64,000 nucleotides of DNA from assembly GCA_029775925.1 (NCBI GenBank), contig JARVKB010000033.1, positions 10,987 to 74,986 on the forward strand, given 5' to 3'. This document shows, in pieces, positions 1 to 8,390 of this stretch (position 1 is the stretch's first letter; each line of letters starts with the position of its first letter). Source of the stretch: Nitrososphaeria archaeon (GTDB lineage: Archaea; Thermoproteota; Nitrososphaeria; Nitrososphaerales; JACAEJ01). The translations under genes were made by a program, and so were the position numbers. Under the pieces are notes generated by a model, which did no database searches, had not been told where the DNA came from, and was given only the letters and a program-made list of their open reading frames with translations.

Positions 1-530
1 TTATACCAAGAATTGATAATTTTGGGCCATATATGGCAATTACTCTGGAGGGAATAATACTTGGTCTGACTTTTCTTCTTAGAATTCTGATCATGGTGAT
101 GGCATCCTCTCTACTCACTATAACAACTCCTATAAACCACTTTATAGCATTTCTTCGTAAATTTAGATTACCTTACCAAATAGCTTTTGTTATTACAACA
201 GCAATAAGGTTCATACCAGTTCTTGAGAGAGATGCTCTTGCGACGATAGATGCTCAAAAGGCAAGAGGCGCAGAACTAGAAGCCTCAAAAGGCTTTTTAC
301 AGATAATAAAGACTTATGTGCCGATAATGATTCCCATGCTTATAGGAGCTATAAGACGTTCAGAGACCCTTGGCATGGCTATGATTGCTAGAGGTTTTGG
401 AGCAACGGGCAAGTGGACTGATTTTTACGAGATAAAAGCTAAGAAGTCCGATTATTTTTTCACTTTTCTGTTTCTTGCCATCCTTGCTTTTGGCTTATAT
501 CTTAGAGCTATGGGTTATGGAGTGGGTTAA
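1..530 (+). CDS. ecfT: ECF transporter transmembrane (T) component, EcfT/CbiQ family; 5' end lies outside the window
   Basis: The frame is open from base 3 upstream of the tracked Met (IPRIDNFGPYMAITLEG). Hydrophobic helices plus the two Arg-containing cytoplasmic motifs typical of EcfT (AQKARGA, AIRRSETLGMAMIARGF). Confidence 0.8.
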   Translation, partial: IPRIDNFGPYMAITLEGIILGLTFLLRILIMVMASSLLTITTPINHFIAFLRKFRLPYQIAFVITTAIRFIPVLERDALATIDAQKARGAELEASKGFLQIIKTYVPIMIPMLIGAIRRSETLGMAMIARGFGATGKWTDFYEIKAKKSDYFFTFLFLAILAFGLYLRAMGYGVG

Positions 531-531
531 T

Positions 532-1554
532 ATGGCAGCAACTAATGATTCGATATTATCAAAATCCATTGGATGCTTGGCAGGTGTGGCCATTGGAGAT
601 GCCATGGGTATGCCCACTTTCGGTTTATCTCCAGATCAAATACGTGAGAAGTTTGGCAAGGTTACTAATTTTATGGACGCACCTACTGGGCATATAATCC
701 ATGATGGTTTAAAGGCAGGTCAAGTTACAGACGATACTCAAATAACTCTCGTATTAGCAGATGCCATCATTAAGGATGGGTTCGTATCTAAGGAAGGATT
801 TGCCCAAAGATTGTTTGAATGGAGTAAAGGATTAGGATCTTCAGCAGATAAGTTAATCGGACCTAGCACAAAAAGGGTAATTGAGAAGATGGCTAAAGGA
901 ATTAAACCTGAAGATATTAATGAGGCTGGGGCCACCAATGGCGCATCGATGAGAGTGTCTCCTGTGGGGATTTTGAATGCAGGCTTCGATTTAGAAAAGG
1001 TCGTAGAAGATGTTGTAAAATCATGTGTTTTAACTCATAACACGAGTGTAGCCATATCAGCAGCTTCGTCTGTGGCTTGTGCCATATCAAAAGCTATCGT
1101 TGGAAAATGTGGGGTTGATGTAATAGAAGCCGGAATACATGGTGCAAAGCTTGGAGCCAAATTTGGGATTTTTTATCCAGCAGCCCCTGTTGATAAGAGG
1201 ATCGAATTGGCAGTAAAGATAGTTTTAGAATCAAAGAATTTCGATGAGATTATAGATTCTTTATACAATTATGTTGGGGCAGGCATAGAATCTAACGAGG
1301 CTATACCTACTGCTTTTGGAATCTTTTTCGCTACTAATGGAGAACCTATGGATGCTATAACAATGGCAACAAATATTGGAGGCGACTCTGATACTATAGC
1401 GTCCATAGTTGGAGGGATAGCAGGAGCATTCAAAGGGATCGAAGCTTTTCCAAAGGATATAGTAAAAAAGGTCGAACAAGTTAATGGGTTAAATTTTGAA
1501 ATATTGGCAAAAAAACTTCTTGAAGTAAGAGAAAGGAGGCTGATGAGGCTATAG
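532..1554 (+). CDS. ADP-ribosylglycohydrolase (ARH/DraG fold) family protein
   Basis: N-terminal CLAGVAIGDAMGMP and C-terminal GGDSDTIASIVGGIAGA metal-site motifs of the ARH fold. The ATG at 532 sits 1 nt after the ecfT stop; the tracked start at 475 overlaps ecfT and is unlikely. Confidence 0.8.
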   Translation: MAATNDSILSKSIGCLAGVAIGDAMGMPTFGLSPDQIREKFGKVTNFMDAPTGHIIHDGLKAGQVTDDTQITLVLADAIIKDGFVSKEGFAQRLFEWSKGLGSSADKLIGPSTKRVIEKMAKGIKPEDINEAGATNGASMRVSPVGILNAGFDLEKVVEDVVKSCVLTHNTSVAISAASSVACAISKAIVGKCGVDVIEAGIHGAKLGAKFGIFYPAAPVDKRIELAVKIVLESKNFDEIIDSLYNYVGAGIESNEAIPTAFGIFFATNGEPMDAITMATNIGGDSDTIASIVGGIAGAFKGIEAFPKDIVKKVEQVNGLNFEILAKKLLEVRERRLMRL

Positions 1555-1580
1555 ATGTATTAGCTCTTGGAGACGTAGTA

Positions 1581-2513
1581 TTGGACTTAATAATCCCAAT
1601 AGAGTGTTTCCCAATAAAAGAAGACGATGTGCAAATATCTCAATATATAAAGAAAGAACTTGGAGGTGTTTGTAATTTCCTTATAGCTTCCTCAAAGCTT
1701 GGTTTAAAGGCTGGAATAGTAGGATGTATAGGAGAAGATGAGAATGGAAATTTCATCAAAAATTCATTGGATAAAGAAGGTGTTGATGTAACAAGTTTAG
1801 ATGTAATAAAAGGAGAAAGGACAGCAATGGTTCTTGTTTTAGTGGATAAAAAAGGCAAGCACTCCTTTATAGGGGTTAATGGAGCAGGCATAGAAATTTG
1901 TAAAGCGGTTGATACTGATAAAATAAAATCTTCAAAATCCATATACACGTCAGGACATACTTTAGTTAGATCACCAAGCCTTGATTTCACTCTTGAAGCT
2001 ATAAAAAAAGCATCAGAATTAAGCGTACCTGTATTCTTTGATCCAGGTCCTTTAGTAGATAAAATCCAAACTAGCGTTTTAAATACTGTTTTAGCAAATA
2101 CAAACACTCTTCTACTAAATAACATTGAAGCAGAATTCTTAACAAAGACTCAAAAATTGAAGCAAGCATCAATTTTTCTCTTAGATAAAGGTGTTAAGAC
2201 AGTTGTAATAAAATTAGGTTGCTATGGTTGCTTCATCGCTCAAGAAGATTTTTCGATTTATTTACCAAGCTTTAAAGTTCCTGTTATAGACACTACTGGT
2301 GCAGGCGATATTTTTAATGCAGCCTACATATACGGGCGCTTAAAGCAACTTCCTATAAATCATATAGGGATAATTGCTAACGCTGCTGGAGCCATCAAAG
2401 TTACTAGATTAGGAGGAGGTACTCAAGCTCCATCGAAGGAAGAATTAGTAAAATTTCTTAAAGAACAAAAATCTATTATCTCAAACATCGATCAGTTGAT
2501 TGAGCATTTTTAA
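1581..2513 (+). CDS. PfkB/ribokinase-family sugar or nucleoside kinase; the true 5' end is probably upstream of the tracked TTG
   Basis: VIDTTGAGDIFNAA anion-hole motif, with length and layout typical of the PfkB family. The conserved first strand (DVLALGDVVLDLII) is encoded from about 1554 in the same frame, but no ATG/GTG/TTG precedes it. Confidence 0.8.
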   Translation: MDLIIPIECFPIKEDDVQISQYIKKELGGVCNFLIASSKLGLKAGIVGCIGEDENGNFIKNSLDKEGVDVTSLDVIKGERTAMVLVLVDKKGKHSFIGVNGAGIEICKAVDTDKIKSSKSIYTSGHTLVRSPSLDFTLEAIKKASELSVPVFFDPGPLVDKIQTSVLNTVLANTNTLLLNNIEAEFLTKTQKLKQASIFLLDKGVKTVVIKLGCYGCFIAQEDFSIYLPSFKVPVIDTTGAGDIFNAAYIYGRLKQLPINHIGIIANAAGAIKVTRLGGGTQAPSKEELVKFLKEQKSIISNIDQLIEHF

Positions 2514-2913
2514 TGAAACCTATAATAAAAATAATAAAATTTCTAAAAATTTATTTAAGTAAATATCTTATCAAGCTCCTTTAAATCTGATGCTCATTAT
2601 TCCATTATATTTTATATTCCCGATTTCCATTTCTGTTTTACTTTCCCTCCAAGATCATTGAACTTTATTCCTTAGATGAATATATAGAATCAATATAGAG
2701 TAATATCATCCGAGAATTTTCGATTAAAGCATTAGCATGAATCCTATCAGTATAAGGTCTTTTGAATTTATAATAAAATTAAAAGTTTCAGCATAATTGA
2801 GATTAAAACAAGGCTTAAAAGTTTCTACAATTAGCTACTTTTAATAGTTTATCGTAAAAATATCTGGAATATTAAAGCAAAATAAATAAACATAAACCGT
2901 TTAGCCTTAATTA

Positions 2914-2998
2914 GCCCCGGTAGCTCAGCTGGAAGAATTTATCCAAAAGCGATTGCCTTGTAAGCAATAGGTCGCGGGATCGAGACCCGCCCGGGGCT
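2914..2998 (+). tRNA. tRNA-Thr (anticodon UGU) with a putative 12-nt non-canonical intron in the D-arm
   Basis: Hand fold: acceptor GCCCCGG/CCGGGGC, discriminator U. Anticodon stem ATTGC/GCAAT with loop CTTGTAA. T-arm GCGGG-ATCGAGA-CCCGC. The canonical D-arm GCTCAGCTGGAAGAGC forms only after removing about 2937-2948. No CCA is encoded. Confidence 0.8.
2937..2948 (+). other. Putative non-canonical tRNA intron (ATTTATCCAAAA; boundary ambiguous by 1 nt)
   Basis: Its removal restores the D-stem GCTC/GAGC. Flanking sequence can pair as TGGA (2930-2933) with TCCA (2942-2945), with unpaired A residues on both sides, resembling a relaxed bulge-helix-loop. Confidence 0.6.
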
Positions 2999-3037
2999 TT
3001 TTTATGAAAAAGAGGATTTTTATGTAACATGGTTCTC

Positions 3038-3106
3038 TTAAAATTCTTAATCTTTTATGATCTATTTACATAAAACTAAGATATAACATATTTTTAAAAT
3101 TCTTAA
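3038..3106. repeat. Two exact 13-bp direct repeats TTAAAATTCTTAA (3038-3050 and 3094-3106)
   Basis: Read directly from the sequence between tRNA-Thr and the ybjQ-like pseudogene. Confidence 0.6.
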
Positions 3107-3135
3107 ATATGAAAAACACTCAAACGTAAATGGGA

Positions 3136-3444
3136 ATGAGTTATAAAGAAGATTTATAATAGTTACACCACCTAGCGTGGACGGTTATCGTATAAAGAAA
3201 GTTTTAGGAGTCGTAACAGGCTTAACCCCTAGAAATAGAGGAGTTGGTAAGAAGTTTCAGTTTTTACCTCTGAGCTTAAAAAAGCAAGATACTAGGCTAT
3301 GGAGAGTCAAAGATAATGTAAAAAGAATAGGAGTAAATGCAATTGCAGGTTTAGATATAGAAACCTTGGAAGTTTTTCAAGGAGTTGTGGTAATCTCTGT
3401 AAAAGGTAACAGCTGTAATTATAGAGCCAGAAATTGATTGTTAG
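3136..3444 (+). pseudogene. Decayed YbjQ/UPF0145-family (heavy-metal-binding-like) gene
   Basis: Family-like segments are spread over three frames. MSYKEDL* starts at ATG 3136. FIIVTPPSVDGYRIKKVLGVVTG and KRIGVNAIAGLDIETLEVFQGVVVISVKG lie in the tracked frame. FTSELKKARY*AMESQR* lies in a second frame with in-frame stops. TAVIIEPEIDC* follows a +1 shift near 3410. About 10 residues are also missing internally. Confidence 0.65.
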
Positions 3445-3466
3445 AAATTGTTAAATCTAAAATTGG

Positions 3467-4276
3467 CTAATTCTTTGTCCATAAATCCAATGGCTTGAAA
3501 GCCTCTGCAATAGGCAATCTTATTCCATCCGTTGCTGCAATTGTGTTTATTCCAGTAATCTTTGCCATTCTCTCAGCCTCCTTTTCAGGAGGAGCTCTTA
3601 ACATCCTAGTACCAAAATGTGTAATCAAAACCTTTTTTGGAGATATAAGCTTAACCATCTTTATTGCATCATCAATGCATAGATGATAAGGAAACTTTTG
3701 ATTACCAGGTCTTAAAACACTTAAGATTAAAAGATCTGTATTTTCCGCACCTTTTATTATTTCTTCATCGAATTCTGTATCTGGAAAGTAAGATATTGAG
3801 TGCTTTTCATCATCTAATCTTAAACCTATAGTATAAGGATCTGTGTGGATAGACTTTAAAGCTGTTATCTTGATCCTATTGTAAATAACACTATCGCCGG
3901 GACTCATCGATTTAACTATCTCAGGTAAACATTTATGGTAAATGGAAATGGCAGGATGCCCGAGACCATTAACGTGCTCTAAAACACTTTTTGCTCCAAT
4001 TAACAATCCCCTCTTTACATTAGCCCCTCTTGTAGCGGCTTCTATATAAATTTCTGCATCAGTATAATGGTCAGGATGCCTATGTGAAATTAGTATGCCT
4101 TTTACTAAGAAGGGATTTAGACCGAGCTGATTAAAATAAGTTATAGAGCCAGGACCAGGGTCTAAAACGAATATACCATCATCTATGATGAAGGCAAGCC
4201 CTCCGGTTCTTCTCTCTTGCTTTATGGTAACCATCCTACTCCCGCCACTACCCAAAACAATCAATTCTTTTATCAT
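3467..4276 (-). CDS. MBL-fold metallo-hydrolase
   Basis: LISHRHPDHY (HxHxDH) motif and overall beta-lactamase-fold layout. Start moved to the Met of MIKELIVLGSGGS, because the tracked start at 4348 abuts tRNA-Cys. Confidence 0.75.
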   Translation of the reverse strand: MIKELIVLGSGGSRMVTIKQERRTGGLAFIIDDGIFVLDPGPGSITYFNQLGLNPFLVKGILISHRHPDHYTDAEIYIEAATRGANVKRGLLIGAKSVLEHVNGLGHPAISIYHKCLPEIVKSMSPGDSVIYNRIKITALKSIHTDPYTIGLRLDDEKHSISYFPDTEFDEEIIKGAENTDLLILSVLRPGNQKFPYHLCIDDAIKMVKLISPKKVLITHFGTRMLRAPPEKEAERMAKITGINTIAATDGIRLPIAEAFKPLDLWTKN

Positions 4277-4350
4277 TACTAGAGTATTGATTAAATTCAT
4301 TATTAGCTTTTTAGAAAATTTATTTTTATGCATATAAAAATAATACATAA

Positions 4351-4424
4351 GCCGAGGTGACGGAACCAGGTTACGTACCCGCCTGCAGAGCGGGTTTATA
4401 GGGGTTCAAATCCCCTCCTCGGCT
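4351..4424 (+). tRNA. tRNA-Cys (anticodon GCA)
   Basis: Hand fold: acceptor GCCGAGG/CCTCGGC, discriminator U73. Anticodon stem CCCGC/GCGGG with loop CTGCAGA. T-arm AGGGG-TTCAAAT-CCCCT. 74 nt, no intron, no encoded CCA. Confidence 0.9.
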
Positions 4425-5011
4425 TTATCATTTAATTTTAAATTGTCAAGTTTTCATGCTTTTTGACGTGCTTTAAACCTAAATACTCCATCGATTCCTG
4501 CATGGTATGTATTGAACTTTTGACAATTCGAGCTATTGGCCTAGCAATCTTTTCCATTCTATTATTGGAGTTATTATTTAAAAAGAATCCACGTTTTTTC
4601 TCTAGCTTTAATGATGTTTTAAGGCTTAGAAATCTTCGCTAACATCACAAGATAACCCGGCCTACTCATAAAATATAAACAAAATGGGAAACTTTATCTC
4701 GATAATCCTAGCACTATATAGTTTACTTTAACATTTGATGTAGTCATTACTATATGCAATATCTGTTGAAACTTCAAGTATAAGTAGAATGCAAATAGTA
4801 TCTTTATCTACCAAAAGAAATGATTAAGGAAGCTATTAAGAGATGGTTGGCGAATTTTAGCATGTTTTGATAAACGCTAAGTAATTGAACCAACATATAT
4901 GGGTTTGACTCTTTTTAACTCTTACCGAATAAAAGTAAAGGCCAAAATTTTTCATAAAATTATTAATATATTTACAGATTGAATTATTTCAATTAAAATT
5001 TGTGGATTAAA

Positions 5012-6424
5012 ATGACTATAAGAATTTATAATTCATATACAAGGAAAAAAGAAGATTTTAAGCCTATCAGTAATAAAAAGGTAAGGATGTTTGTATGCGG
5101 ACCGACTGTTTACGATTTCTCACATTTGGGACACGCTAGAACATATATTGCTTACGATGTGATAGCGAAATGGCTTCGTTATAAGGGATTTGATTTATTC
5201 TACTTGATGAACATAACTGACATAGATGATAAAATCATCAAAAGGGCCAAAGAGAATAATGAAGACCCCATAAAATTAGCTAGAAGATTTGAGGAATATT
5301 TTTTTAAAGATATGGCATCTTTAGGGATAGATACTATCAATCTTTATGCTCGTGCATCAGAGCATATACCAGAAATTATTGATCAAATCAAAAGGTTAAT
5401 TGAGAAAGGTTTTGCATATGTTACTAAAACAGGCGTTTATTTTGATGTTTCTAAATTCGAGGATTATGGAAAATTATCTCATCAAGACCCTGAAGAGTTG
5501 AAAAGACATAGAATAGAACCTGATCCAAATAAAAGAAATGAACAAGATTTTTCTCTTTGGAAGAGAAGAAAAGAAGGAGAACCTTATTGGGATTCACCTT
5601 GGGGAGAAGGCAGGCCAGGATGGCATATAGAAGATACTGCTATTGCTGAAAAGTATCTAGGTCAGCAGTATGATATTCATGGGGGTGGCGCCGATTTAAT
5701 ATTTCCACATCATGAAGCAGAGATAGCCCAGATGGAATCCGTATCAGGAAAAAAACCTATGGTTAGATATTGGCTTCACACAGGCTTTTTGAAAGTAAAG
5801 GGAAAGAAGATGGCAAAATCTCTTGGAAACTATATTACTATTCGAGATGCATTAAAAAAGTATGATGCGGAAACTTTAAGGTTATTCTTTTTATCAACTT
5901 ATTATCGTAGTCCCATAGATTTCTATGAAGAAAAAATAGAACAGGCTAAAAGAGCCTTAGAAGCACTTCAAAGGACAGTTGACAATATTAAAGAATTAAA
6001 TAAAAGAGTAGATGGCTTAACAGAATATGAGAAGACTTTAGAAAAAATTATAGAAGAAAGCAGAAGAGGATTTGAAGATGCTATGGATGATGATTTCAAT
6101 ACACCTTTAGCATTATCTCATTTATTTAATTTGGCTAGAGAAGTGAACAAATTATTCAATAAACAAAAGGATGTAAATAAAAGATTAGCAGATAAGCTCA
6201 TAGCTACATTTAAGGAGTTAGGAGGAATATTTGGCTTACTTCAAAAAGAAGGAATAAATGAGGAACTTCCAGAAGAGTTAAGAATGCTAATAGAGAAAAG
6301 AAAAATATTAAAAGAGAAAAAGGATTGGAAGGCTGCTGATGAAATAAGAAAAAGGTTAGAAGATCTTGGAATAATTCTTGAGGATACTCCACAAGGAGTT
6401 AAATGGAAGAGGAAGTCATCATAA
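5012..6424 (+). CDS. cysS: Cysteine--tRNA ligase
   Basis: HIGH-type motif (SHLGHARTY), KMSKS-type motif (KMAKSLGN) and WHIEDTAI. The ATG at 5012 gives the usual N-terminus MTIRIYNSYT. Confidence 0.95.
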   Translation: MTIRIYNSYTRKKEDFKPISNKKVRMFVCGPTVYDFSHLGHARTYIAYDVIAKWLRYKGFDLFYLMNITDIDDKIIKRAKENNEDPIKLARRFEEYFFKDMASLGIDTINLYARASEHIPEIIDQIKRLIEKGFAYVTKTGVYFDVSKFEDYGKLSHQDPEELKRHRIEPDPNKRNEQDFSLWKRRKEGEPYWDSPWGEGRPGWHIEDTAIAEKYLGQQYDIHGGGADLIFPHHEAEIAQMESVSGKKPMVRYWLHTGFLKVKGKKMAKSLGNYITIRDALKKYDAETLRLFFLSTYYRSPIDFYEEKIEQAKRALEALQRTVDNIKELNKRVDGLTEYEKTLEKIIEESRRGFEDAMDDDFNTPLALSHLFNLAREVNKLFNKQKDVNKRLADKLIATFKELGGIFGLLQKEGINEELPEELRMLIEKRKILKEKKDWKAADEIRKRLEDLGIILEDTPQGVKWKRKSS

Positions 6425-6719
6425 AATATTTTATTCTAACCTTTTCTAAAATTTCTCTTAGTCAAAAATTATAATGATCATTATGATTACAAAAAGAAGA
6501 TATGTCACGAATATTGTCAGAGTTATGCCTTTTGTTAAGCTTTTTACGCTTCTTAGTGGTGGGAGGGGGCATAGTTCATACTTCTTATATTTTTCATTTA
6601 TTTCACTTCTCACTTGAGAGATACTTCCAAGACCTAAATTTTGTCTTTTTGAATTTTTGAAAAATTTGTAATAAAACCATAAACATCTAAATGTAAATTT
6701 TGATCTTTTCGAACAACCT

Positions 6720-7562
6720 TTATAGATGAATAGCTAGGTTTAAAATAGCTAAAGATGCCAGCAATGCTTCTTCAGTTCTAACCGTTACTGTTTTTTGATC
6801 AGGTATAGTATTTATGATAAATTTGCTGATTTGTATAGGGTTCATGTTTTCATCTGAAAGAATCTCAAATACTCCTCTTTTAGGAGAGCCAAATATGAGC
6901 AATATGCTATTTGCTTTTTTCACTTCATCAATCAACTCAGACCAGAGTTCGGTTATTATTCTTCCTTTCTTGGATGTGAAGATGATCGAATCAGATTTTA
7001 TGCTCTTTACAAGCTTTCCTAAGGATGGAGCAGTCTTGACTTTGTAACCCCAATAATCCTTTATCTCTTCCTTTTTTGCTACTCTACACCTTAAATCTGG
7101 ATGTTTTGATGTGAATATAACTGTCAATCTCTCGCCATTCTTTACCATGCCTTCTAAAGGTATCAAAGATGATAGACCAACATCTACTAAAATTCTATCT
7201 CCTGATTTTATGGCTACGCCTTCTCTCAAATCTCCAACTTTAACATCGGATAGAGGAATTTCTAGCTTGTGGTGAGGGGTTCTTAAAGGTGGTAGAAGAC
7301 CTGCATATGTTAATGTTTTCAATTGTTTAAAAAGTCTTTTCCTAAGATATTGAGGTGTCTCCATATATTCAAGAATAGTCTTTATAATTTCTCCATCTTC
7401 TTCATAATTTCCAGATAAATCTTTGTAAATGTAAATCTTTGATACACCAAAGATGGAGCAAGCTCTACCAATCATGCCCAATTTTGAAGTCTTATCTCTA
7501 AGATGATATAAATCCGATACAAGTGAGTCGGGTATGGCAACCCATAATTGCGGAGTGATCAT
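6720..7562 (-). CDS. SPOUT-superfamily putative RNA methyltransferase (COG2106/DUF171-like)
   Basis: N-terminal VAIPDSLVSD..KTSKLGMIGRACSIFGV and C-terminal LLIFGSPKRGV, characteristic of the archaeal DUF171 SPOUT family. Family assigned from memory. Confidence 0.65.
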   Translation of the reverse strand: MITPQLWVAIPDSLVSDLYHLRDKTSKLGMIGRACSIFGVSKIYIYKDLSGNYEEDGEIIKTILEYMETPQYLRKRLFKQLKTLTYAGLLPPLRTPHHKLEIPLSDVKVGDLREGVAIKSGDRILVDVGLSSLIPLEGMVKNGERLTVIFTSKHPDLRCRVAKKEEIKDYWGYKVKTAPSLGKLVKSIKSDSIIFTSKKGRIITELWSELIDEVKKANSILLIFGSPKRGVFEILSDENMNPIQISKFIINTIPDQKTVTVRTEEALLASLAILNLAIHL

Positions 7563-7600
7563 AAAGATGGATATGCTGCCTACTGATAAAAGTTCAGTAT

Positions 7601-8386
7601 TTATACTATAAGTCTTCTTTTCATCAAATTAATCGAAATTACAAAGAGCAAAAAAGAGACTATAATTATCCAAATTAGATTCAAAAAAAGAAGATCGCTC
7701 CATCTACCCAATGCTATAGCTCTTGATATCTCAACTACGTGAACCAAAGGTAAGGTTGCAAAAGAAGCATATCGAATAGGTAGGGGCAAAGTAGATAAAG
7801 GGAAGAAAGTCCCACTAAAAAGGAGCATTGGAGTAATCAAAAGAAAGACCGGATAGTTGAGGGCATTTATATTAGGCGATATAGCAGTAAAGCATATGGC
7901 CAAAGCAGAAAATAGAAAGCCTGCGATAAAAGAGAAAGGGATTATGATTAAAGATATAGGAAAGCTAATAAGTCCGAATGCTATAACCACTATGAGCATA
8001 AATGTAGCGTTTATAAGACTTTTTGTTGCCCCCCAAAATATCTCCCCTGCTATGATCTCATCTAAATTAAGAGGCGTTGCAATCATTGCATCGAAGATCT
8101 TTTGATAATACATTCTTACATAAGATCCATAGGTGCATTCAAAAAATGCTGAATTCATGACAGAAATAGAGATCAATCCGGGTGCCAGAAATGCTGCATA
8201 AGGAATACCTTCTACTGAACCTACGAATCCGCCAAGTCCAAAGCCAAGAGCAATAAGATAGAGGATAGGCTCTAAAAAAGGTAGTATAAAGTTAACCTTG
8301 TAAGTCTTAATGAACACATCCCAATTTCTCATCCAGACCTTCCAAGCCCAATTGCCCACTTTTGGAAGTTTTAAATAAGAAGACAA
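7601..8386 (-). CDS. ABC-2 type transporter permease
   Basis: About six hydrophobic helices. Sits 4 nt downstream of the ATPase gene on the same strand. TTG start. Confidence 0.8.
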   Translation of the reverse strand: MSSYLKLPKVGNWAWKVWMRNWDVFIKTYKVNFILPFLEPILYLIALGFGLGGFVGSVEGIPYAAFLAPGLISISVMNSAFFECTYGSYVRMYYQKIFDAMIATPLNLDEIIAGEIFWGATKSLINATFMLIVVIAFGLISFPISLIIIPFSFIAGFLFSALAICFTAISPNINALNYPVFLLITPMLLFSGTFFPLSTLPLPIRYASFATLPLVHVVEISRAIALGRWSDLLFLNLIWIIIVSFLLFVISINLMKRRLIV

Positions 8387-8390
8387 ACTA

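Noticed and set aside
1640-2125. 161-aa ORF antisense to the PfkB gene. Similar long antisense ORFs occur at 738-938, 9821-10111, 10681-11007, 16425-16763, 25682-26194, 28678-29079, 59040-59456, 62821-63099 and elsewhere.
   Set aside because: Each lies entirely within a gene with strong family motifs on the other strand. Their translations are low-complexity (Ser/Leu/Ile/Phe-rich) with no recognisable motifs. They are shadow ORFs, typical of AT-rich coding sequence.
4438-4641. Minus-strand open frame next to tRNA-Cys (..RGFFLNNNSNNRMEKIARPIARIVKSSIHTMQESMEYLGLKHVKKHENLTI*), considered as the C-terminal remnant of a tyrosine recombinase (integrase) at a tRNA integration site.
   Set aside because: The resemblance to the ..TIQELLGH.. 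region of integrases is loose and needs gaps. No catalytic R/H/Y context is present. I found no direct repeat of the tRNA-Cys 3' half downstream that would mark an att site.
6458-6613. 51-codon GTG-initiated minus-strand ORF between convergent cysS and the SPOUT gene, with a hydrophobic C-terminal tail (..GITLTIFVTYLLFVIIMIIIIFD*). Considered as a tail-anchored Sec61-beta-like protein.
   Set aside because: The frame is open further upstream without a start. The spacing between the weak GL..S motif and the TM segment does not fit Sec-beta. The hydrophobic tail could simply reflect T-rich sequence. The support is not enough for a feature call.
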